DNA of 11,398 nt from an uncultured Nitrososphaerota archaeon (GTDB lineage Archaea; Asgardarchaeota; Njordarchaeia; Njordarchaeales; Panguiarchaeaceae): positions 29,140 to 40,537 of the forward strand of contig CAZWPQ010000018.1 of NCBI GenBank assembly GCA_964636085.1, given 5' to 3'. Within the stretch, counting starts at the first letter, position 1, and every line of letters begins with the position of its first letter. Under the pieces are notes generated by a model, which made no database searches, had not been told where the DNA came from, and worked only from the letters and a program-made list of their open reading frames with translations. A program made the position numbers and the translations under genes. Below, piece after piece: positions 1 through 7,228 of the stretch.

Positions 1-34
1 TAAAGGATTTAGCATAGACCCCGATATCCATCAT
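1..34 (-). CDS. 5' end of an unknown gene running off the window (MMDIGVYAKSF...)
   Basis: The minus strand reads ctATGATGgatatc. ATG 34-32 overlaps the helicase stop TGA (33-31), a second in-frame ATG lies at 31-29, and the frame is open to the window edge. This is the same overlap style as the rest of the operon. Only 11 codons are visible. Confidence 0.5.
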   Translation of the reverse strand, partial: MMDIGVYAKSF

Positions 35-1491
35 AGGGATCCCCCAAATATTTTCTTTCCCCTAGCATCAAGTATAATGACAAGACCCTGATTTTTCCTC
101 CCAACCCTCCCTGCAGCCTGTATTAGTGCAGAGATCATTGAGCTTGTCACCATCGCATGGCGGAGACTCCTTTTATCTATTCCGTATTCCCTGCTATAAA
201 TCTCAATTATTTTCTCGTCCTTTTTGGTTAGTCGTGGGTACGGCAGCCCGGCCATTATTGCTACTCTATATTCGTCTGGAATATCCACACCCTCAGAGAT
301 TCTCCCCCTAAATACGGTAATTACTATCTCCCCTCTTGGCTCGTTTGTTACTTTGATGTTTAGGTGTTTTGCTATGCCCTCAGCAACCTCATAGCTTGGA
401 CAGAAAACAATTATCTTTGTCTTTAACTTCCTATATATCCTTGATATCTCTAATGCATAGCGCCTAAATGTTTCCTCATTTCTTCTATATCTCGCCGTGG
501 TTAATTCAGTATCCATCACTATGATTTTTCTCTTGGGACTTTTTAGTAGTCCAGGTATTATGACGATCTCATGGTCTATCTTGTCCGCAAATATCTTCTG
601 GAAGAAACTCGACGGGTATAGTGTGGAACTCATCAGTATGATCTTATCCACCTCCTCTAATCTCTCCCTGATCAGTCGTATTGGAGGCAATATCCTTAAA
701 ATTTTACCATCAATCCTAACATCTATACCTGGCTCATTTTTATATGCATCATACTCAGCCAAAACTTTGGCTCTCTCGGTATCCCCACTTCTCCATAGCC
801 TCACCACGTATTTATGGATGGGATAACCGTTCTCTAGGGCCTCCTCTGCAACAATTTTTCCCTCTTCGACACACCTTTGATCGCCCTCATAAGTTGTTAT
901 TCCGATCAAATTATGTGCTTCGTCTATCAACACAAGATCAAGTTTCCCCATTCTCTTAAATAAGTCTGGATGGATAAAATAGGGATGTGTACCAACAATG
1001 ATATCTGCCCTCCCCAGGAGTTCTTGACATATTTGATACGGGCATCTTCTCCCGGTAGACATTATCCTCAAATATGAATCAAAGTCCGTATATACTTTGC
1101 CCCTCAATAACTGTTCCACATCGCTATATTGTCTTCTCCTCATCCTGTCACAATCACTTGCGGGACACCAATATTTTATAAGGGGAACACCGGGCCTAAC
1201 TACACAAAAATCCTGTTTAGATGGTGTTGGAACCACCAACAAGTCGGAATCCATTCTTTCTATGATATTTCCTAGTATCTTGAGTGTGTGCTCCACCTCG
1301 CTCCTAGTTCTTAGGAATATTGCCCCTCTTGCACCAATAATTGCTTTACTAACCAGATATGCTGCCGCTACGCTGGTTTTTCCCATGCCAGCTGGAGCCC
1401 TTATAAGAATAAGCTTTTTGTGTGATAAAAATGCTCTTGCAAGGATCTCCATTTCCCTTGTTTTCCATGGTATAAGCTCGACGAAGCTCAT
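31..1491 (-). CDS. XPD/Rad3/DinG-family SF2 DNA helicase with 4Fe-4S domain (compact, 486 aa)
   Basis: Motif I APAGMGKT (aa 32-39), Ia FLRTRSE, Cys96/109/114/150 ending in CPY, ADIIVGTHPY, motif II IDEAHNL (aa 189-195), motif III MSSTL, IV VFCPSY, V GRISEGVDIP, AGLPYP, VI QAAGRVGR, terminal ILDAR. The motif order matches XPD/DinG. Confidence 0.93.
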   Translation of the reverse strand: MSFVELIPWKTREMEILARAFLSHKKLILIRAPAGMGKTSVAAAYLVSKAIIGARGAIFLRTRSEVEHTLKILGNIIERMDSDLLVVPTPSKQDFCVVRPGVPLIKYWCPASDCDRMRRRQYSDVEQLLRGKVYTDFDSYLRIMSTGRRCPYQICQELLGRADIIVGTHPYFIHPDLFKRMGKLDLVLIDEAHNLIGITTYEGDQRCVEEGKIVAEEALENGYPIHKYVVRLWRSGDTERAKVLAEYDAYKNEPGIDVRIDGKILRILPPIRLIRERLEEVDKIILMSSTLYPSSFFQKIFADKIDHEIVIIPGLLKSPKRKIIVMDTELTTARYRRNEETFRRYALEISRIYRKLKTKIIVFCPSYEVAEGIAKHLNIKVTNEPRGEIVITVFRGRISEGVDIPDEYRVAIMAGLPYPRLTKKDEKIIEIYSREYGIDKRSLRHAMVTSSMISALIQAAGRVGRKNQGLVIILDARGKKIFGGSL

Positions 1492-1997
1492 ACAATTATG
1501 ACCTCTGGCTTCTCGCTGCTTGGCACTACTGTTTTCTTTCTAAGCACATATATGATTATTGGGGGGACAAGTATGGATGCAAAATAAAGAGCCTTTATGC
1601 GTGACGGTACTATGGATTCTGATTCTATATTTTTCTCTTGTTTCCTTATACGTATTGTTGAGTTTCCATAGATTATAGCAGGGGATGTGCCATAGTTCGT
1701 TGCTTTTATTGTTAGGTTATTTGTGCTCTCTAACCTACACTCAAATGATGTTGTTCCGTCGATTTTATGTGATATATTATTTATGGATATCTCAACTATT
1801 AGCTTCCCCTCAGCATATATATTCACCTCTACAATTACACTGCCTGTCTCTTCGGAGCGGAATTCTGCCGATACAGTCCTTGTGCCTAGTGATGGTATTT
1901 CTATATCTCCAATACCGATATCATCAAAAGTGATTACATCAGAACTGGAGCTCATCACTATTAGAAATATTAGGACTAACAAACCTACATTTTCCAT
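1488..1997 (-). CDS. Small exported, membrane-anchored beta-sandwich-like protein (169 aa)
   Basis: N-terminal hydrophobic signal (VGLLVLIFLIVM), beta-rich middle with sequons NIS, NLT, NST, C-terminal TM (ALYFASILVPPIIIYVL) followed by RKK. SD GAGGGGG upstream; ATGA overlap with the helicase. Confidence 0.8.
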   Translation of the reverse strand: MENVGLLVLIFLIVMSSSSDVITFDDIGIGDIEIPSLGTRTVSAEFRSEETGSVIVEVNIYAEGKLIVEISINNISHKIDGTTSFECRLESTNNLTIKATNYGTSPAIIYGNSTIRIRKQEKNIESESIVPSRIKALYFASILVPPIIIYVLRKKTVVPSSEKPEVIIV

Positions 1998-1998
1998 C

Positions 1999-2937
1999 TT
2001 ATCCCCCCTCTAGGAGCATCCAAAATGGTTTAAATCTTTTTTCTATGGTTTCAGTAGTACCCTTAAATCGGAGCTTCTCAACCACCTTATCCTCCAGTAC
2101 TGTGATTGGTAAACCGAGACTAATAGGCTCGTCGCAACATACTATTGTTTTGGGCCTATTTATCAGGATTTTGGAGACCCACCACCATGGGGCTGGTAGT
2201 CTTACTATTAGATAATCGTCCCATATGATCGCCGCCATAGAAATTGCACATATGGCCATTTTTAGGGGCAGACCACTGAAGTCAATATAGTTCTTACGAC
2301 CCAATGTGTCCTCAGTGGCCAATATGCTCCATTCAAAAATCGAGTCAATCACCGATGTCTCAACGATAATCTCCTTATCCTCCAAAATACCACTTATCCT
2401 TGCCTTTAAACCCGCCAATACATTCTCGAGGGAAGTCCTATATATTTTCGCCAAAACACTAGACAGGTCAAAAAGCTTGGTTTCACTACTAGGAATAGGT
2501 AGACCCAAATATTCCCTATATCCAAATCTAGCCGGGCTAGGATCACCTTTAAAATCTAGCCAGAGCGTTGGTGTGTCTGCAATACCTATGGCGAGTCTAA
2601 TATCACTTGTTGCTATCGGCTTTGAGACATCAACATATATTATCTCTCCATTTTGCCCTAGGCCTATTGGTTTCCTTATCTTTTGGATGTTAGCTAGGTC
2701 CGCCAAAACCTTGGTGCTAAACAGGGCCGGGATTCTCTTTTTGGTAATCCTTACTCCCAGTTTCTTTAACCCATCCACAACAGCTGGGTCTGCTTCCAGC
2801 CCAACTATACACCTCCAATACTGATCTTTCCTACCCAGAATCTCTATCAATATTTTTGAACCAAAGAGTCTACATACTTTAAGATACTCCCTCTTTATTG
2901 TTTCTCTTAAGGATCTAGGATGGATATAGACACGCAT
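1999..2937 (-). CDS. Hypothetical protein (312 aa); probable degenerate HerA/VirB4/FtsK-like P-loop fold lacking Walker motifs
   Basis: Long ORF in operon position with SD GAGGT overlapping the upstream stop. Segments IGLGQNGEIIYVDVSKP, TLWLDFKGD and NYIDFSGLP resemble, in order, conserved HerA/VirB4 segments. No GxxGxGK[S/T] is present. The CDS is secure; the family call is tentative. Confidence 0.7.
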   Translation of the reverse strand: MRVYIHPRSLRETIKREYLKVCRLFGSKILIEILGRKDQYWRCIVGLEADPAVVDGLKKLGVRITKKRIPALFSTKVLADLANIQKIRKPIGLGQNGEIIYVDVSKPIATSDIRLAIGIADTPTLWLDFKGDPSPARFGYREYLGLPIPSSETKLFDLSSVLAKIYRTSLENVLAGLKARISGILEDKEIIVETSVIDSIFEWSILATEDTLGRKNYIDFSGLPLKMAICAISMAAIIWDDYLIVRLPAPWWWVSKILINRPKTIVCCDEPISLGLPITVLEDKVVEKLRFKGTTETIEKRFKPFWMLLEGG

Positions 2938-2949
2938 GGGGGCTATACC

Positions 2950-5900
2950 TCAGCTACGGGCAAACTTCCTTCTTACGATGATTATCCCCACACATATGCC
3001 CGCGACTATGGATAATACCAATGCTAACCCCACGCCCCCTCCTTCATTGTTCTTCGTAGTTGTGGGGCTACGTACGATTAGATGTAGCATCTTAGTATTT
3101 GAATTTCCTGCATAATCATAGGCAGTTATTTTGAACATGTAATCTCCTGGGGAGAGTATCAAATTTGCTTCCTGGGATATCTCGACTACATGCCCCCCAT
3201 ACGTCATCACCACACGATCAATACCTATATTATCAGTGGCGTTGATCCTAAGAACCACTACGACATAGCTATCATTGGTCTCATATACCGTATTATTTGC
3301 CGGCTCCAAGATCGTCAAAATTGGGGGCGTCATGTCAACCCCCACATATATCACATTGGAGACAGAGCCATATGGTCCCCTCGCCATGATCCGTATTTGC
3401 CAATATCCCTCATGCAACGTCAGATTATATGAACCATTGAGGTTCTTGTCGGTGAAATATGCCTCCGTACCATTCAGATATATCGTTATGTTCCCAACGG
3501 CCCCATATACTGTCCAAGATATACTTGTCCAGCTCCTATTTATCCAGGAACCATTATCCGCACAAAACACCACAAGCCCTATGGAAAGATCAATAGTGAA
3601 TGATCTCGTAGCGTTCACCGACCTATTCGCAACGTCTATCGCTATTACGCAGATAGAATAGTTCCCCTCACTTAGATCTGTGAGCACCATATCTGTCCTA
3701 TTCGTCACGTCCATCCAGCCCCCATCATCAACCCTAAGAAGCACAGACTCAACACCAAGATCATCCGTAACATTCCATGATATATTTACCGAACTACATT
3801 TTATGACCTGTCCCTCATAGGGAGATATTATATGGATCACTGGCGGCTCCCTGTCTATGCCCACAGTAAAGTTGTATAGGGTGTAGTTATTGGATAGGCA
3901 TATGGCCTTTGTCCATCTACCATATCTACTTGTGCAGGATTTTATGCCTCCAGCATTGATCCATGCCATGCCATTCCCGGTGAAGAAGAGGATTTTGTCC
4001 TCAAACACAAGTACTCCCTCCGACGCAAACACGCCGGCACCATCAGAATATTCCTCCTGTAGGCCATCAGAAAACACTCTTATGAACTCTCCCGTGGGTA
4101 CAAGAAACACAAAGCTATCCCAGAATGACGCTACTAGGCCTCTCGTTGTTAGGTTGGTGGACGAAATGTCCGTCTCCGTTCTATATATTTCTCCGTCATC
4201 CCTAACAACAAGCATATAATGGGCCCCAGTATTATTGATGGCGACTATGAAATATGCCAATTCGTATGTACCATCGGAGTCTATGTCCTCCATGGAGAAG
4301 GACGCGGTATACTTATTGGCCAGTACTTCTATGTCCTCCCTTATATATGTGCTCGCGCCCCTCAATATTCTGAATGTTAGGCCAACACTAGAGACATTCG
4401 CAATCATAATATAGAAATCGCCATTCCTAAAATAGACCTGGGAAACCAACAGCTCACCCGTTATGTTGGTATAGTACGTAGCGTTAAAGGATGGGGAAAA
4501 CACATATATCTCCCCATTACCCAGCACAACACAGACACGGTCACTCTCATTATCATAATCCCCAGCGATAGGATATTTCACATCCGTTATTTCCCCCCAT
4601 ACAAGGCCCCGGTCACGATCATACACAGAGAATGATCCTCCACGCCACACGACTATGAATCCATTCGTTGTCGGTATTGCATAGTCTATGAAGCCATCAA
4701 ATATATACTCGTCAATCTCCTCGGGGTATATATCCACTACCCTCTTTGCCTGATAGAACACTATATGGTCATCCCCAATCCTATATCTCCACCCCGCATC
4801 TATGAATGTCTCATATGCACTATTCATCACTACATCATATGCCTCCCCATACGGCCCATAACACAAAACACGGCTATTCGGTGAAGAAAGACCTATCGGA
4901 TTAACCAACTCCAAAGAACCCATAATCGATAAGCCATCATTAAGGGGCTCATAAAGCCTCACACTCCCCCCATAAAGCGTCAATACATAACCATCATTAA
5001 TCGATACATCCTCAAAACTCGCCACCGCCTCATACCGCAACGCGTAGTCGGAGCCCTCCAAGACGTCCACAAGAGCCATCATTGAGCCATTATGTTGCAC
5101 AAACTCTGGGAACCCATCCATATCCATATCATGGAGAAGTATCTCCCTACTAGAAAACACGAAACCACGCCAATCATCGGTATTGTTGATAGTGTATGTC
5201 TTCGATATTCCTCCAGTCGCCGATCTTATCTCACAGAGTTCCGCGGCATCAATAACCTTGTTATACCTTACACAATATATGGCCCCACCAGCCCTAACAA
5301 ACGCCGAATATACACATATGGGATCTATTGAAGTAGCATTGGTAGCATTATATGTCCAACAATATAGGCAACTATCATAGGAATTCCTTGCCACTAGATA
5401 CTCTCCTAGATGGCCCATCTGGGTTATGTTTAACCTCTCAACAGTAACGTTGAGGGAAACTCCACCAAGGTACTCACCAGTATAGTTATAGTAGGCCACG
5501 AAATTGGTATTGTTTTTCCAGCATATCACGAGGCCATAGTCTGGACTAGTTATATTTCCTATATATACGCGGTCAACATCACCATTCCTAGTGGCTATCC
5601 ACATGAGGGTGGAGTCGTCGTCCACGGCATACAGTAGGTGGTCGGTAAGCACAACTACCTCGTCATAGCCATCCATATCTAGATCGCCGATAGCATAGTC
5701 TAGGATTGTATAATTTATCTGGATCGCATGACTGCTTCTATTGAAGGTAATGTAGTCGTCACCTATGATGACATAGTCTATGCCTCCGCTTACATTGGCG
5801 AGATCAACCATTCTTATTGGGCCTGGATACTTCCCAACCAAGCTAATGTTGCTTACAATGATATTTTCGTATCTCCCTTCCCCTACCGATTGTGTTGCAA

Positions 5901-6078
5901 TGTTTGACCCGTTGTCTAGGAAACCTTCTTCGAAACTTTTTACATTAATGGGGCGGGTAGGGGCATTTATCGGTATTGCTGGCGGGAAACATATGGACAG
6001 AATTAGTGTTAGAATAAAAACCATGGAGCCCTTTCTATGCATTTTGTTTTCCACCATATCGTAGTAACAATATGACAC
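2950..6078 (-). CDS. Large cell-surface glycoprotein: signal peptide, beta-propeller region with FG-GAP/VCBS-like loops, three Ig-like domains, C-terminal TM anchor. True start probably ATG 6042 or 6057
   Basis: Signal HRKGSMVFILTLILSICFPPA. DxDxDG loops GDLDMDGYDEVVV, HDMDMDGFPEFV, EDIDSDGTYELA. Ig-like starts DREPPVIHIISP and DMTPPILTILEP, with IAIDVAN / TAYDYAGNS turns. TM VGLALVLSIVAGICVGIIIV + RRK. About 37 NxS/T sequons by manual count. GGTGG precedes ATG 6042. Confidence 0.88.
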   Translation of the reverse strand: MSYCYYDMVENKMHRKGSMVFILTLILSICFPPAIPINAPTRPINVKSFEEGFLDNGSNIATQSVGEGRYENIIVSNISLVGKYPGPIRMVDLANVSGGIDYVIIGDDYITFNRSSHAIQINYTILDYAIGDLDMDGYDEVVVLTDHLLYAVDDDSTLMWIATRNGDVDRVYIGNITSPDYGLVICWKNNTNFVAYYNYTGEYLGGVSLNVTVERLNITQMGHLGEYLVARNSYDSCLYCWTYNATNATSIDPICVYSAFVRAGGAIYCVRYNKVIDAAELCEIRSATGGISKTYTINNTDDWRGFVFSSREILLHDMDMDGFPEFVQHNGSMMALVDVLEGSDYALRYEAVASFEDVSINDGYVLTLYGGSVRLYEPLNDGLSIMGSLELVNPIGLSSPNSRVLCYGPYGEAYDVVMNSAYETFIDAGWRYRIGDDHIVFYQAKRVVDIYPEEIDEYIFDGFIDYAIPTTNGFIVVWRGGSFSVYDRDRGLVWGEITDVKYPIAGDYDNESDRVCVVLGNGEIYVFSPSFNATYYTNITGELLVSQVYFRNGDFYIMIANVSSVGLTFRILRGASTYIREDIEVLANKYTASFSMEDIDSDGTYELAYFIVAINNTGAHYMLVVRDDGEIYRTETDISSTNLTTRGLVASFWDSFVFLVPTGEFIRVFSDGLQEEYSDGAGVFASEGVLVFEDKILFFTGNGMAWINAGGIKSCTSRYGRWTKAICLSNNYTLYNFTVGIDREPPVIHIISPYEGQVIKCSSVNISWNVTDDLGVESVLLRVDDGGWMDVTNRTDMVLTDLSEGNYSICVIAIDVANRSVNATRSFTIDLSIGLVVFCADNGSWINRSWTSISWTVYGAVGNITIYLNGTEAYFTDKNLNGSYNLTLHEGYWQIRIMARGPYGSVSNVIYVGVDMTPPILTILEPANNTVYETNDSYVVVVLRINATDNIGIDRVVMTYGGHVVEISQEANLILSPGDYMFKITAYDYAGNSNTKMLHLIVRSPTTTKNNEGGGVGLALVLSIVAGICVGIIIVRRKFARS

Positions 6079-6326
6079 TATCTATACCATATAGAAACCT
6101 ATGTATTTTATATTCGAAGAAATAAGTTATGAGGATCCAGAGCAGTTTTTGTTCATACAAACTCGAGGAAGACCCTATCTCTGGGATTTTTCCAGAGGAC
6201 TAATCCTCGTGGCAGTTAAATAAGGTTTATCTAGTATTCAGGGATAGCAGAGACGCTGAAATTCTACTCTAGTACCTCATATGACTCGCTTATTTTGATG
6301 CAAAAGAATGATTATTTTAGAGGTAT

Positions 6327-6352
6327 GAGTCCCCAATATTACTTGGGGATTC
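6327..6352. repeat. Inverted repeat / hairpin (10-bp stem with one G-U pair, 6-nt loop)
   Basis: GAGTCCCCAA-tattac-TTGGGGATTC. CCCAATAT also recurs as a direct repeat (6332 and 6352). Function unknown. Confidence 0.45.
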
Positions 6353-6456
6353 CCAATATGGAGCTTTCGATCCAGCGCTCCTCCTCCAGCTTGTCTCTTA
6401 ATTTTTCTGAGAAGATTCGAGTCTACCTTTTTTGAGGATTGCTATAAATATCTCCA

Positions 6457-6531
6457 TTAATTTTTCGTATGAGATACAACTATTGGCCCAGCATCCATTA
6501 TTGCTTCAAACCTAATTTCTTCCTCATCCAA
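6457..6531 (-). pseudogene. Truncated PIN/VapC toxin remnant (MDEEEIRFEAIMDAGPIVVSHTKN*)
   Basis: Manual translation. EAIMDAGPIV resembles the first beta-strand and catalytic Asp of PIN domains. It overlaps the 3' end of an AbrB-type antitoxin, stops at TAA 6459-6457, and has no recognisable continuation. Confidence 0.45.
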
Positions 6532-6772
6532 TCAATGCTCACCCACTTGCTCCTACGATTGTCTCTTTCTCTGAAAAACATTCTGGAGCATTCTCTCTGA
6601 GCCGTTCGATGCGCCTATCTATATCGGGAGCCTCCCCCTGATATGGACAGATTATAATCCTATCACCAGAAACAGAAATAACGACCTCCGGACCATTCAC
6701 AAGCCCAAACATTCTCAGTATTTCTCTGGGAACCCCAATAGAGCCATTCTCAAGCCTCACTCTAAAGACCAT
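6498..6772 (-). CDS. AbrB/MazE/SpoVT-family antitoxin (VapB-like), probably frameshifted near the 3' end
   Basis: MVFRVRLENGSIGVPREILRMFGLVNGPEVVISVSGDRIIICP fits the AbrB pattern (GxIxIPxxIRxxLGLxxGxxVxxxVxxxxIIIxP). The annotated frame stops at 6539. The -1 frame continues SKWVSIDWMRKKLGLKQ* to 6498, giving ~91 aa if joined. Confidence 0.8.
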
Positions 6773-6799
6773 GACCAAGCAACGCACCACATAGCCCTA

Positions 6800-6807
6800 T
6801 ATCTAAA
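6800..6807 (-). promoter_or_regulatory. Candidate archaeal TATA box for the AbrB module
   Basis: TTTAGATA lies 28-35 nt upstream of ATG 6772; one mismatch to TTTAWATA. Confidence 0.35.
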
Positions 6808-6909
6808 TACCACAGAGAATCTATAAGTTAGCAAAATTTGACAACGCCTTTTTACCTAGTACGCCGCCAGATAATAATCCTCCTAATTCATCATTCTTTT
6901 ATTGGCTCC

Positions 6910-6918
6910 TTTTATCTA
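6910..6918 (+). promoter_or_regulatory. Candidate archaeal TATA box for the UPF0175-PIN module
   Basis: TTTTATCTA lies ~20-35 nt upstream of GTG 6938 / TTG 6944. A GGTGA SD is at 6937-6941. Confidence 0.3.
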
Positions 6919-6937
6919 ATACATTATAGTTATCCGG

Positions 6938-7224
6938 GTGATTTTGCTGGCCAGAATTACTATTGAGGTTGACGATCACTTGCTTAGGGACTTAAAAAAA
7001 TCTCAGAGATAGAAGGAATAAATGAAGATGCACTACTTAGGGCTATTCTTGAAGAATCAATTCGAGGTTGGAAGTTGAAGTATGCGGTTAGGTTATATAG
7101 GGAGGGCAAGGTCTCGCTCTGGATGGCTGCCAGGATTGCTGGACTTAGCCTCTGGGAAATGATAGATGTGATTGGGGAATTGGGTATCGAACTACGTTTA
7201 GACCCTAGAGATCTTGAGGAATAA
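6938..7224 (+). pseudogene. UPF0175-family antitoxin with N-terminal ribbon-helix-helix-like segment, split by a -1 frameshift at A7 (missing from the ORF track)
   Basis: Frame 0 reads (M)ILLARITIEVDDHLLRDLKK-SQR* (TAG 7010-7012). The -1 frame from 7000 reads ISEIEGINEDALLRAILEESIRGWKLKYAVRLYREGKVSLWMAARIAGLSLWEMIDVIGELGIELRLDPRDLEE* (TAA 7222-7224). AVRLYREGKVSL..AARIAGLS is the UPF0175 signature. Joined length ~95 aa. Confidence 0.88.
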
Positions 7225-7228
7225 TAGT

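Noticed and set aside
31-1491. CasDinG / type IV CRISPR-Cas interpretation of the helicase
   Set aside because: No repeat-spacer array and no csf/cas-like genes are visible in the window.
126-6064. Plus-strand ORFs of 61-172 aa (e.g. 497-826, 1097-1501, 2306-2824, 3275-3661, 3890-4219, 5780-6064)
   Set aside because: All are antisense to long motif-bearing genes, have Ser/Ile/Pro-rich shadow composition and show no recognisable motifs.
6129-6283. Plus-strand fragment KLEEDPISG... reminiscent of RelE/ParE toxins
   Set aside because: Only a few residues match, the frame has several stops, and the RelE R-x-G-x-Y-R motif is absent.
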